This document shows positions 49,748 to 62,917 of a DNA stretch of 64,000 nucleotides, piece after piece. Each line of letters starts with the position of its first letter. Positions within the stretch are counted from its first letter, which is position 1. The notes under the pieces were generated by a model that worked only from the letters and a program-made list of their open reading frames with translations, searched no databases and was not told the DNA's origin. Source of the DNA: Marsupella aquatica. Its lineage: Eukaryota; Plantae; Marchantiophyta. The translations under genes were made by a program, and so were the position numbers. The DNA lies in contig OZ316897.1 of NCBI GenBank assembly GCA_973895155.1, positions 12,051,832 through 12,115,831 of the forward strand. The letters are read 5' to 3'.

Positions 49748-50734
49748 CAGACAGACAATGTGGGTTCATTTCCTTTTTTTAAGACAGTCCGGCACCTTGT
49801 TGCATTCGGGAACAATAGTAAATCTTACATGCCAGGTTGTACCCTGGCTCCAGTGATATGTTCGAGTGACGTAGTAACCCCTTTACATCCAAAGATATAT
49901 ACTGGAAGTAACATTTTGTTATTGGGTCTAACGTGAGCGAAGTACATGAATATGATGAACTCGACAGTAGTTTGGCGTTGCCAGGTTGAGCAGTCATTTG
50001 GCGACAGGACCGGAATGTAGATGCTGACCAAAAGAATTCGTAACGACATGGCCAGGTGTCGCTTGACAAGTGATGCAACGTGGTTCCTAATAGTAGTTCA
50101 GTTGGTTGCTCTGCTGATTTTAGCATCGGTGTGTTGTATCTAGAATTTGAATTTGCATTGCTTTACTCTTAGACAAGCTTGGACTCGTGCCATCCTGTCC
50201 CCTGTCGCAAGACTCAGGATGTTCTTGTGCAAATGTTCTAAACCTCTCAGGTAGCGCATGCTTAGGCGTACTGAATCTGTTGGGTAATTAAATTTATAGC
50301 GGATTCGGGTCTACTGCTCCACATATTTTCTGGTAGCTGTGCAGATACAACCAAGTGCGCTTCTTGGAACTGTCCAGTTCAAGGACAGATTAGTAGCCTA
50401 CCTATTCATCAAGGCGCACAGAAGACTCGGTACCAAAAAATAGGGAGTCCGAAGTCACGGGCAGCAAAGGCGTTCTTCTTTGCAGCGACGAGAATAATGT
50501 GAATCTTCAAATGCAAATGAATCTTAAAGCCATTTGTAGTGCCTGACCGCACAATTAAAGCTCTGATTACTGCTGCTTTTCCTGCGGGATCCACCAAAAC
50601 ACTATGTAGCGGCTCAGTAGTCAGATTATCTCTCACTCTGGCAAAAGTTACTGAGAGATTTTCTCAACAACTATGAATTGGTCGGAGGAAAACTGTGGAA
50701 GAATAGACAGAGAAGAACATTTCTCCTTTATATA

Positions 50735-51805
50735 TTATGACAAATAAGTTTGATTCTCTGCCCTTTGTCTGGCAACGTTGATTAAAAACTGTCTTAGCTG
50801 CTCTTGAGACTTGCTTTCATTAGCTGAAAGAGATGCCGGAGGATCTACGCCATCTACCTTAGTCGAGTCTGCTGCTGCACTAGATTCATCAACAACAGTA
50901 GACTTCTGTGCACTTCTAACAAGTTTGCGGAGCTCTTGGCGATCGAAATCCACATCATAAATTGAATAAACTTCGTCTTCTAGGCTCGAAACGCCATTGA
51001 CTAAGCCATGCAACCACTCCTCTGCGACTACTTTGGCCTCATCCTCCTCCTCATCTTCCTCCTCTTCCTCGGCCCAACTTTCTTTGTCATCTAGATCTGC
51101 TGGGTCAGGAAGTACTGGGGAATTGAGCATGATGCTTTCAATATCACCGTCCTTGGTGGCTTTCAGCACAGGCTCCATCACATTAGGATCAACATCCCGA
51201 AGAAGACCACCAATGTAGGTATACTGTCTGCGTCTGCCGTTTCGCACTCTGGATTGGGTCCCGAGATTCTTCACAATCATAACAGCATCATACACTTCCT
51301 GTGAAAGACCAGCCCACCTGACGGCCTGTTTGAGCTGAGCAGGGGCAAGTCTTGCCAATTCAACGCCCCACAGTCTCGCCCTCTTTGCATCTCTCTTGCT
51401 CTGGTTTCTACTCTTCCATTCTTCTTCTTCCTCTTCGAGCTCCTCATCCTCTTTCACCGCTCCAGCTCCGGCTACTGCTATCGATCCCGAGCGGGGAGTC
51501 CCTCTCGTTGCTGCTGCCCCTCCTCGTCGAGTTCTCCCCTGGGCAAAACTCTTTTTGGGTCCAGAACTCGTCAATTTCTGAGTGGCATAGAATCTAAACC
51601 CTAGGCCCCGGAATGTCCATTGCTCGCCTAATGAGCAATCTGCACATGTGATTGACGAAGCTCGCATTCCTCGAACGGTGCTACTGACTACATATGTGGA
51701 CAATTTGGTCGACGAGCTGCTGGATCTTCTTTGATGAGCTCCTGAGATGCGGAGGAGAGACGACGCCCCGGAAACAACGAGGGATTTCACCGCCCCGAAT
51801 GCCAT
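50735..51805 (-). CDS. DUF615/YjgA (DarP)-like ribosome-associated protein with organellar transit peptide; intronless
   Basis: KSRNQSKRDAKRARLWGVELA, RNGRRRQYTYIGGLLRD and DRQELRKLVR match YjgA motifs; Ser/Arg-rich N-terminus. ATG at 51805 (the track start upstream is a non-ATG codon). Confidence 0.85.
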   Translation of the reverse strand: MAFGAVKSLVVSGASSLLRISGAHQRRSSSSSTKLSTYVVSSTVRGMRASSITCADCSLGEQWTFRGLGFRFYATQKLTSSGPKKSFAQGRTRRGGAAATRGTPRSGSIAVAGAGAVKEDEELEEEEEEWKSRNQSKRDAKRARLWGVELARLAPAQLKQAVRWAGLSQEVYDAVMIVKNLGTQSRVRNGRRRQYTYIGGLLRDVDPNVMEPVLKATKDGDIESIMLNSPVLPDPADLDDKESWAEEEEEDEEEDEAKVVAEEWLHGLVNGVSSLEDEVYSIYDVDFDRQELRKLVRSAQKSTVVDESSAAADSTKVDGVDPPASLSANESKSQEQLRQFLINVARQRAENQTYLS

Positions 51806-52495
51806 GCTTGGGAATCCTACTGCCTCCACATCCACCTCCCAAGCCTCTCGTACAGAGGTAGAGTCGAGGATTGAGATGTTTTAGCTTGGATTGGAGCGAA
51901 AAACCTCGAGATAAATGCAGGTCGCAAAATCGCAATCCTGGTTTCTGCATTGGGGGCACGGCATTCCCCTGGGCTTCATCCTCGGTTCCATGGGGGCCTT
52001 CAGTCTCTTGTCGATGGGGTTTTGGAAAGCCCGGTGTTGTTTTGGCCCTTGTTGGGCTATTGTGGGAGAGGTACTAGCCTCATGCAATCTCAGATGAAAA
52101 GTTTTACTTTATAGACCCCTCAGATTTTGGGGAGGTTGATCCAATATCAAAATGAAAAGTGTTACTTGATAGACCCTGAGATTTATATTTAATTTTTAAA
52201 TTATTATTTTTTGGGGGGGGGGTTGATTCAAGGTCAATCAAAAAGTATGGATCATTCAGTTGTCTTATCAAATAACATTTTTGGGTACTATCAGGCAAAT
52301 ACCCATATTTCAGGATCCCTCTGTTTTACCTCAGGATGAATGATCTCAGGAAAATCATTTATTGTTGTCGGTTATTGCACACTGCCTGTTGCACATGGAA
52401 GGTGAAGATAACCTACGTCTCACATGCCTAATGCTACCTATGGTGTCGTATCTACATAAGTCCAAACTTTGATTGACATCAATCTTCCCAACAAG

Positions 52496-52560
52496 CAGCG
52501 CGCCCAGTGGTAGCAGTCTTCATTGCGGCAAGTGAGATTCAGGGTTCAAGCTTCATAAGT
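52496..52560 (+). mobile_element. degenerate tRNA-derived SINE head
   Basis: gcagcgcgcccagtggtagc (A-box-like) ... cagggttcaagc (B-box-like). Confidence 0.4.
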
Positions 52561-52629
52561 CAATCTGCTTTTGCACACACCCAATTTTAAAGTGGGTTCA
52601 CAAAAGTGCTTTGCACACATACTTAAGGG

Positions 52630-52935
52630 TTGACCCAAATTGGATGTCACTCTCTTATCACCTAAATGAAAATGGGTGGTGAGAGAGTGACCTCCAATTT
52701 GGGTCAATGCTATATCATTGTCTTGTTAGCGTGACATCTCTAACATTACATAGGTGAGAAAAGGGTGTTGGTGTATTAATGTAATTATTATTAATGAAAG
52801 TTCATTTGACCCACAATGATTGGGCTTAAGTACACCAACACCCTTCATCAATAATAATTACATTAATACACCAACACCCTTTCCTCACCTATGTAATATT
52901 AGAAATGTTATGCTAACAAGACAATGATATAGCAT
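52630..52935. mobile_element. two abutting foldback inverted repeats (MITE-like)
   Basis: First hairpin ttgacccaaattggatgtcactctc / gagagtgacctccaatttgggtcaa (52630-52707). Second atgctatatcattgtcttgttagc...gctaacaagacaatgatatagcat (52707-52935) with arms of ~90 bp. Confidence 0.8.
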
Positions 52936-52936
52936 G

Positions 52937-53752
52937 TTCATCCTAATATATGACTATTTTGACTTATCCAAAAGAATTAGAAGAATGATTATAAGAGCTC
53001 ATGTGAGAAGACATTTTAATTTCACTAGTTTGTGAAAGAATAATTATAATAAAAGTTCATAAAAACTCCACACATTTTTAAAAGTGAGAGAGGTATAGTA
53101 CTTTCTAGGTGAGATAATTGCATTAATTGGAATGTACTAGTCAATGTACTTTGTGATTCAAAGAGGAGTAGGTTTCCTTTGTTCCTTTAATATCTCCTCC
53201 TCTATTGGGAGGGGCTCTTTATTTAGATGACACCAATTGATCCATAAACATGTAAACTTTATAACGAAGTACATATAAGCTGCACTACATCAAATATTAG
53301 AACCGTAGTTGCCTAGTTCAAGAGTCCATAACATTTTCATCCTAATACATGACTATTTTGACTTATCCAAAAGAATCAAAATAATTATTATAGGAGTTCA
53401 TGTGACGAGACATTTTAATTTCAATAATTTATTAAAGAATGATTAAAAAAAAGTCAATGAAAACTCCACAAGTTTTCAAAAGTGAGAGAGGTATAGTACT
53501 TCTACTGTAGGTGAGACAATTGAATTAATTGGAATGTACTAGTCAATGTACCTAGGTACAGTACTTTGTGATTCAAAGAGGAGTAGATTACCTTTGGTCC
53601 TTGAAAATTTCCTGCTCTATTAGGAGGGGCTCTTTATTTAGGTGTCACCTATATTGATCCATAAACCATAAATCTTGTAAACTTTATAACCAAGTACATA
53701 TAAGCTGCACTACATCAAATATTAGAACCATAGTTGCCTGGTTGAAGAGTCC
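52937..53752. repeat. ~400-bp diverged tandem duplication
   Basis: ttcatcctaata.atgactattttgacttatccaaaagaat at 52937 and 53336; both units end in agttgcct.gtt.aagagtcca. Confidence 0.9.
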
Positions 53753-55399
53753 AACATTCTCAACAAGTAAGGAAAAATGCTCTTGATATGATAAATGAAA
53801 TATAGTAAATTTAGAAAACCTAATAAAAACTAGGAAAATTAAAACATTAAAAAGGTTAGAAAAATGACTAAATTCTCAATAATAATGGCAAAAGCATAGA
53901 TTAGAGCATATTGACAAAAGAAATACATTGCAAGCAATTTGAATAAGACAAGATAGGAAAAAAGTGTCCCGCCATATAGCAGCCTCAAAAAAATTGATAT
54001 ATAACCTTGTTTTCACCGTGGGTTTCATGGAGACAGTGATGTTTAGTGTCCACATTGTATGAATACTTAATGTCAACATTGTATCTTGGAGACTATTGTG
54101 TCAATACTTTTCCCTTGCATAATCCTTGAAATGAGATTTATGCGCAATTTATTTGCAAGTGAGGCATTACATTTTATGTCAGTGATGTTTTAACATCCTT
54201 TACTTAGCATTGCACCAATATTTATTCTTATCTTTCATGACGAATTAATAAAATATCTAATGTGATTAGTCAATCATTTCAATGTAAAAACACCATGGTC
54301 AGTCTCTCCTCCATCTCACCCATGCATCTGTGATGACGGTGCATTCATGATGCCCCCGCCACACTGCCTTCCATAGCCAACTTCAAGGTGTAGTTGCTCA
54401 TATTCAAAATAATTATTATCCAATTTACATGAAATAAAGCAACCTTAGAAATCCCGAGTTAAAAATGTACTAAACACCAAGCCTGTTCTAAACACCAAGT
54501 TAGTAAAAAACACAAAGTCTATGATAAACAAACTAAACATATAACCTTTGCAAAATCAATACTCAACATTACTGAAAAAGAATCCTGTCTAGTGCACACT
54601 GATTGATGCTAGTCCTTGTGTGTCATATCTTATTCCCATTAACACCCACACAATACAATGGCAATACAGTGAAATGATAAGAGTCCCCCACAGGTTATAC
54701 TTATCTTCTTCACTGTCACTTCTCGGACACTTCAAATTTTTTCTCAAATATGCCAACTTGTCCCTCCATTCTGATAAGGCTACGTCTGATCCATCTCTTG
54801 GCTTGCGTATTCCAAAAGCTGCACATAAAACTCTTCCCTGAGCACCTGCCAAAATAATTGGGAAAAACAAGAGCCACATAACCAACAATCAATAAACAAT
54901 ATAAAAAACAAAAGCAGTTGCATACACACAGTATATAACAGAAATAATAATTTGTGATCTTTTCAAATAGAATTGACTCCTCAGATGGCTCTAGTCCCAA
55001 TAATTATCAAATAGTTTTCCCATTATGTTATCTTAACCTCCTTTTCCCCACTCTTTATAATTGCTCCACCTTTTCTCTCTCACTCATCCCAAAAGCCCGA
55101 AGGATTTTGGGAATCAACTGATTTTCAGAAGGATAGTCTGAGGGTGCACTCTACATCGGGTGACTTTCAAGCTAGGTCAATATGATTTTGTCCCTCACTA
55201 GGTTGATGGAATTTATGAGCTCAGCAAATCATACAAAGTTCTCAATCTGTTCATAGAGCATCATCTATTGGGTTTTCAATTGTACTAGTGTCATTGGATT
55301 GATGATTAGGATGGATAAAGGATTTTTTTCAATGTAGTTTGCATGATAGAAGAGTAATATGTTTTTGCTAACCGGTCCTTGTATGCACAGGCCCGTTTA

Positions 55400-56650
55400 T
55401 CCTTTCAACTGGCAGCATGCTTGGTCAGGCTCAAGCATTTTGAAAACTTGTAAGTGTGTTTCAAATGCACATTGTTGTAGTGGGACCTCAAGTGAGGGCA
55501 TCAATCTTTGGACATGTATAAACTACTCAATATGGCGTGTGACTTCTATTGAGGATATTCCCAGGATGCTATATGAACTGGCCAGACTTAGAGGAACACA
55601 AACTCATTTTTGTTGAGTTACCAAAAAGGGAGTGTAAGTCTCATTGATGGAACCACCATGCCCTTGGCACAGGCACCAGCCAACCATAGCAAATTGAAGC
55701 TATTTTGACAAAAAAATCTAGATACTCTATCAATGCCCAGGTGGTCTACAACCACAATCATAATATAACATTCATGTACCTTAGTGAAAAGTTTATTATG
55801 TGCATTATAGTGAATTTTGATAGTTCTAGCTCACCAACATGAAAAGAACTGAATAAATGTTGGTTGTATTATGTGTGCAAGAATGTATGGGACCTATTTT
55901 TGATGTCACTTATATCAAAGAATGCAAATTGTTAGGCATTTACTTTGACTTAGGTTAGGGTTATCACTCTAACCATAGTTAGGGTGAGAGTTAGTTAGGA
56001 CTGACCTAGTCTCGAACTTGGTTACGTTAGTCATGTTGCACACTATATTCTTTAACGTGTTTTGCTTGGATAGAAGCAACTCAGGCTCATTGTTACAGAG
56101 CCAGTTGAGAGATATGGACAACTTGTATTGCAAAGACTTAGTATGGACGGCTGGCCTAAAGTACAATCAAACTCTTGTGTGTTCCTCTGGACATACGTAG
56201 CTCAAGCTAAGATGAATCACATATTCTCTGTGTTAGTTACTTGTGTATTGAATGCTCACGGGCTTGCCATTGTGAATGTCGTCTTTGCTCAACATGAATA
56301 ATTGTGGGATGGGATTCATGGAAACTACTATTTTAATGACAACCAATATGTCTTAGGGGATTTTGGATAATTATGTCAATACTCCACACATGGTGGTAGC
56401 TTAAGAAATGACATTGATGTAGCACAAAGATAGGGAGAGTTTTGAAGCTTTGTGTAGTTAAAGCTAGGTATATCAATGATCATACCATAGGTGTTCTAAA
56501 ACCTTGTCTAAAACCTTGTTTTGATTCATTGAGGAGCAAAGAATTTAGCTCAACCTGGACCAAGACCATATATGAATGTGTTGTTGGATTTGTGCTTGTG
56601 GGTTATTGCATAATTATGTCCTGGTCAAAATTATATATATATTGGAGTGA
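55400..56650 (+). mobile_element. decayed PIF/Harbinger (DDE_Tnp_4, HARBI1-like) transposase, split by a solo LTR
   Basis: Frame-broken motifs in the correct order: FQLAACLVRL, WPD, LIDGTTMPL, YFDKKSRYSINAQVV, YFNDNQYVLGD, KARYINDHTIGVLK. Confidence 0.8.
55930..56294 (+). mobile_element. solo LTR related to the Copia LTR at 57152
   Basis: TGTT...AACA termini. Internal blocks aggctcattgttac, agttgagagata, ctcttgtgtgttcc and tcgtct.tgctcaaca are shared with LTR 57152-57495. No PBS follows. Confidence 0.8.
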
Positions 56651-57151
56651 GCATGACATGAGAGATTTCCCCATGAAGGCACTTGAAGATATTAAGTTTG
56701 TATATAGGAGGATGCCCCATAGCACGCTTTACATTGGAGGGACTCAATTAGAGTAGCTTTGCACAAACATATACGTGCTTTGAGCTTCAACCCCCAGGTA
56801 GTAGGTTGTCTTTAGAACCCCATTATAATATTTTCTTTAAACATTTTTTAAATTATTTTTACATCATTGCCCACATATTTAACTATTTTAACTATTATTT
56901 TGATAATCAATATATATCATATCTTGGCCTCGGGGGTCTCATTATATGGATGTCTCCCCATCACTTGCGACATTTTTAGGCCTTGGACCCTAAAATGTAA
57001 GAAAAAAGGTTATTTTTTCAACCATATAAAGTTGGAATATTCCAAAAATTTGGTTATAAGGACAATATTCTTATAAGTCTCAAATTTGGATTTAAAGACC
57101 CTATTGTTCTTCTCAAAAAATTCTTAAGTCGTCCATTCAAACCAATAAAAT

Positions 57152-59648
57152 TGTTAGATATTGCTCTAGTCTTGTGACTCATGAGCTAACCACAGTTAGG
57201 CTAACTCGGGTTAGGACTTAGCTAATGTTAGCGGTAATGCTATTGTGTATTAAGCCAGGGCTGATGCCAAACCCTGGTGGAACTTAGGCTCATTATTACG
57301 GAGCTAGTTGAGAGATAAGGAGAGTTTGTGTTGTGGATGCTTGGTATGACCGATCGGCCTAGAGTGCAATAAAGCTCTTGTGTGTTCCTGTGGACGTAAC
57401 CTCATGTGGAGGTGAACCACGTATCTCTCTATGTCGACTCTTGTGCGTTGGATGGTTCATGGGCTTGTTGTTGCAATTGTCGTCTATGCTCAACAAGTGG
57501 TATCAGAGCATGCCTGGGAGGTGACAAGGTTTTTTCGTGACAATTTTTCCAGCATTCATTGTCGGTGTTACATTCGGAGTTTTGTCGCATAAAACTTGAA
57601 TGTGTGTGGTTGAGCGGATAGGTTAGTGAGAGGGTTTTCTAACGGTGGTTAGAACTCGCTGATTGGTATCCGTGGTGTGGAGGAATCAAAGTTTGTATCG
57701 TTCAGGGTTTATTCGTGTTTGACGGGTTTTCGGGGGATAGACCAGAGTTCGCATTTTTTCAACGGTGTGAGCTGTGCGGTGTGGGAGGTGTCGCATGTTG
57801 TAGCTCAAGTTGAAGGTTGAAGCAAGCTAGTCGTTTTGGTAGCTGATTTGCTGCCGAGTTGTTACCGAGGAGCTTGTTCCCATCTAAATCGGGTCCCAAA
57901 CCGGTTTTCTCTTCGTGACGTCCGACTCGGTGGAAGAAACGCGAAGTGCTACACCTCAACGGTTTGATCGCAGGGAGGTGGTCGTTTTGAGCCCGGGATT
58001 GGCACTTGACGCGGAGTGAAGGCGTCACGGTGGAAGTTTTTACAGTGTTGGAGTTGCAGACGATGCCGGGGTGATTCGACAACAAATCCCGTCGGTAACT
58101 CGTTATTTTCTCATTGGAAATGGCGGCGGCAAAGTGTGTAAACCGGGCAAATTTTTTTTTAACCAAATTTTCTGGTTTTAAGGGGGTAACTTGGTGTGTG
58201 TATACACACCTCATACCCCGCCCCCGCCCCTTTTTTTCTTTCTCCTCGCGACTCCTCACACAACGCCGGTCGGCGCCTTTCTCGGTCTCACACCCTCGCC
58301 GGTCCTCTCCGTCGTGCCCCTACGCCTTGGCCGAGCCCACAGCCCGCGGGCTGTGGCCGCCCGGCTCCCCTGCTACCGGTCGGTCGCTCCTGCATGTAAC
58401 GGCCCCACCCTCCTCGCTTTTTTTCTCCCCGGCCTGGCTATTCAATGTACGCGGCTGCATACACAGCCGCCCGGGTATTCCCCTGGGCGTACCCCCGGCC
58501 CTTTATGCGTGCCATTTTTTGATAAGGGGCTTGGGCACCCCCTTTAAGGCCCTTTTTTTGCCTCTTTTTCTTCTTATTGGTTCTCCCTTTGTGCCGGGAC
58601 CTGCCGCCCTCCATTTTAACCGCTTTCACAAGGGGAACGGCTCCCTGTGAGCCCTGTCTGACTGTGCGGGAATATTCCTAAAAAATAGAGAGCTGTATTT
58701 TGGCCATCCGCCGAACGGTAACTTTTTTGGTTCTTTTTCGGCGAGGACGTAGCCATTGAAGTTGGCAACGCGGCAGACCAATCACATTGAAATTTTGACG
58801 ACGGGTTGTACTTGGTATTTTGGTTATTTTCTAAGGTGGTCAAAACGGGGGAGTTTCCCAAGGTTTTACCCACCCCGACCAAAATTTGAATAACTTTTTT
58901 GTCGAATTTTGATTTTGATTTTGGCTTTCAGTATTGGACTCCTAGCTTCGCGGGCTATGCGGCGGTGTTGAGTTTTGAGTTTTATGAGAAGTTTTGAAAA
59001 AAGATGTTTTTTCGTGATTGTTTCATATGGGTGACTCGGAGTATACTGGAAGAATTGGCGTCGGTGGAGCTTCAGGATCGCGACGGTCAGACGGAGAGTT
59101 TGAGGAGGAGCTGCTACCGTTTGAGGAGGAACAAATATCACCGGTACGATCACCGGTGCGGCGTGCAGTGGAGGAAGCTGTACTACTACCAGAGCTGTCG
59201 GTAGTGGGGAAGAAGAGGGAGATGGCGAGATTTGGAGGAGTGAAGTTTGAGGTGGAGAAGTACGATGGTTGTACTGATTACTTGTTGTGGGAGAAGCAAG
59301 TGAAGGGTGTTCTCCGGGCCATGGGATTAGCTCATCTGCTCTCTTCGCGAGAGCAATATGATGGAGAGGAGGAGATCTCTAAGAAGCAGTGGAGACAAGA
59401 GTTGGTCCTTTAAGCCAGGGCTGATGCCAGATCCTGGTGGAACTTAGGCTCATTGTTACGGAGCTAGTTGAGAGATAGGGAGAGCTTGTGCTGTGGATGC
59501 TTGGTATGGCCGGTCGGCCTATAGTGTGTAGTAAAGCTCTTGTTTGTTCTCGTGGACGTAGCCTCATGTGGAGGTGAACCACATATCTCTCTGTGTCGAC
59601 TCTTATGCATTGGATGGTTCATGGGCTTGTCGTTGCGATTGTCGTCTA
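57152..59648 (+). mobile_element. internally deleted Ty1/Copia LTR retrotransposon: 5'LTR 57152-57495, PBS 57498-57509, leader, gag start 59222-~59408, partial second LTR 59410-59648
   Basis: TG...CA LTR; tRNA-iMet PBS tggtatcagagc; Copia gag N-terminus MARFGGVKFEVEKYDGCTDYLLWEKQVKGVL. The second LTR matches 57250-57488. No pol or PPT is present. Confidence 0.92.
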
Positions 59649-62600
59649 TAAGGCCAAATGGCATGCTTCTATAACCGAGACAAGTAATGAAGACAGAAGA
59701 GACAGGAATCTCGTGGAGGTAAATGGCACATAATAGGGAGATGAAGTATTGGCTGTTATGGAGATTTTCAGGGAGATGGAGGTTTGCCACGAGAGAGAGG
59801 TCGGTGGTTGCTAGTCTAGTCCCATGGTTGGTTTTCTTGCTCTAGTTGCGGTCTTTGGTTCTATCCTTTGGGAAGATTTCTCACTCAGTTCTTGGTGGCT
59901 TCTCGCCTTCCGGGGTGCTTTCTTTCCTCTCTCATCTGCCTCCTCCCCATAGGCGGTTTGGACTTGAGGCTCCCCATCTCTTCTTCTCTATTGGCACACT
60001 CCTTCTTTTAGCGGCCCTTGTTTTCTTTTGCTATCCTGTCTCCCCCCCTCAGGCAGGGATATTGTTTCTCTGGTTTTGGGATGAATAAAGACTTGCGTTT
60101 GAAAAAACAAAACATTCTGATCTGCAAATGCACTCCGCATCATTTGGTGTAGGTTTTTCCTCGGTTTTCTCTCCTTTATCAGACTATTAACTTAATCTCA
60201 AAAATTAAAATAGTGAAGAAAGCCTGGGGCCCTCATTTATTTTCTTCCAACCCATCACATGCGAATAAATATAGGGTTTTTTTCTTGGGTTTAGTGAAAG
60301 ACTTTGGATTTTTGTCAAAGAATGTTAGGGTTGTTTTAATTCAATATTGATAATTATAAAAATGATAGTATTTTTAAAACAAAATATTGGAATATTCTAA
60401 GAACATTCCATTAAGTTTAGGGGAAGGAATTCATTGAAAAAGCTTTATTTATTTTAAGTGTTAGGATGTTTATTCTCCCAAAACTTTACCCATGATATGG
60501 AATACCCCTTGGATTGAGGCACCCGAGAAAGAAAACAATTTGGGTAAATTTCTATTTTACCTCCACCTTTACATCAGAGATTACAAAATGTAATTTTCAA
60601 ATCATTTTCTCAATTCTTGAAGAATGTTGACAATCATGGGCTCATTAGGGCAGTCTCTTCGAGATCTTTCCAGTGACATATTACATGGAAATTTTCATTA
60701 TGATTTGACTCAGCGGTGACTTCTGCGGAAATCTGTTTTTTTATTCAAAGTAGTACTTTTAAATCTAAACTAAAATCTTGAGATATTTGCTTGATCAACC
60801 CCAAAATGAAACTTGTTACTTGATCGACCCCCTGAGGTCTATCAACGGTCCAGATCTGAGATCAAAAGGTCCATCAATGGTCCAGAATGGGGAAAAGTAG
60901 TGAGGGGGTTGATTAAACAAATTTTTTCCAGAATGGGGTCTACTAAGCATATCTCTCCTAAAATCTTTGGTGTTGGAATCTTTAGAAGGGGATTGAAGGT
61001 AGAGATATTTTTTTAATGCACCATAACACACCCACTTTAGTTCTGCATTGATAGATTGATTCAATATCATCTTGCAATAGAGAAACATTGGTTGAGGGAG
61101 CTGTACTAAATTTGAAAAAAACTGACATCATATGATTGAATATTGGGAAACAGTGTAGATATGAAAGTCATCCATCAATGAAGCAATTGAAAACTATCAC
61201 CTGAAAATCTCACAAGAAGTAGTCCATGGCTATGCCAAGGGAGATGGTATTGTGTGAACTTCTATAGTTTAAGCCCCTTCTCAAAACTCTGAAACAAATA
61301 TGGACTGATTACCGCTTCTAATGGACAGAATACTTGCTGCACCAGGTGTCCCTCTTGTTACAGGTCATATTGCAGACAAAAGTGTAAAAAGTATTATCTG
61401 AGTTAAATTAGACATTTGATCAAGGTCCATCTCTATTGTTAGAATCCATTGGGGCATTTAGGCTTACTTGGAGGTCCATCCGGGCTTAAGTTTACACAGG
61501 CCTGGCTCAACCAAAATGGCCAAAAATTCACTCTCATTTCTCTAAAACATTCTCAAAAGTAAAACTATATCGAAATCTATGAATATCAAAGTTCTACAAT
61601 TAAACGTAAATCTGGGAATTCGGGAAATATGGTACATGGGGGTTTGAACTTTCAACGTTGTGGTCCATAGGGGCTTCAGATTCTCTTCTCCTTCACACAA
61701 TTCACACCAGGTGAAATTCGTGAAAAAAGAGAAACAAACAGTAAATGAAAAATCACGCTGGCGATGACGCCGGCTTTAAGCGACGGCGGTCGGGTCGCCG
61801 TGTCCAGTGTCCTCCGTGTCTGCCGGTAAGCAACCGTCCGCGCGAGGGCGGGAACGCACCGCAATTAATTAATAATATACTAATTTCAATCTATCGCAGT
61901 TCCGTCATTTGCTCGTACGATGAACAGTACTGTAAGTTAAGTAGTCCAACAAAACCACTTAATGAATGTTTCGATTATTGCCTTATTGGACACTAGAGCC
62001 CCTGACGAGCCATCATCACCATCAATGCTCTCAATGCGCTGCGGTCTTCTCTTCTCTTCTCTTCTCTTCTCAGCTCTGAGCTCTCTCGTCCGAAGGCGAG
62101 TGCCGAGAGGAGTGAAGCAAGGAGCCTCGTCGTCGCTTTCGTCACTCGTCACCCACTCAATCCATTCGCCGTCGCCATTGATGAAATTCGAGTCATGCGG
62201 AACGGCTGCTGGAGCATCGGACATTGATGAGGCGAAGGAATCCGCTGTCGGGGAACTATGTTACTCTGTGTATGAGCTCGGATTGGATTGGAGCCCCGGA
62301 CGGACGGACGTTCACGAGCTCGAGATGGTTCGTGAATGTGGTGAGAGACAATGTCGAAGCGGGAGGTTCAATTTTGAGACGGGAGGAGGGAGGGAGGTGG
62401 TCGTGAGCTTGGCTGCTTGAGTCAGGGAGGTGGAACAGTAGACTGGTGCAATGTGGAGTGGGATTGGTGCGGGGAATTGATTGAATCTCTCGATTGCGTC
62501 CGTCTCTCCCTCCCTCTGTTTCTGCTTCTCGACGCGCTGCAATAGCGTTTTGCCCCTAACAGTGTTGTGCGCGTTGGCGGAGGACCGTGTTTTCCTGTCG

Positions 62601-62917
62601 TCGTAGCATTGTCGACGGGTTGTGCAAATAGTCGATATGTGTAATTGAGAGAATCCGGACCCGCCTTCCTCTTGACGAGCCATAGTTGGTTTTTCTTTCT
62701 CGTCAGCGCTTAATGTAACTTAAAGCAACTGAGTAGCAGTGAGCGCGCTTGCCTGGGCACTGTATTTTGTTGTAGTCAATCATTGGTGACTGCCTTCGCC
62801 AATATTTTATGATTTCGTCTAGGGTTTTATCGGATCTGAGGACCTTACTTTTTGGTCGTTTACGAAAAAGTTTACTACAACGTGATCGAAAAAGACGTGC
62901 TGTGTGAATTGAAGTTG

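Noticed and set aside
57759-58650. ORFs inside the Copia leader
   Set aside because: GC-rich untranslated retroelement sequence with no gag or pol motifs.
61937-62683. Acidic minus-strand ORF and overlapping ORFs
   Set aside because: They overlap the CT-rich probable 5'UTR of the plus-strand gene and show no homology signal.
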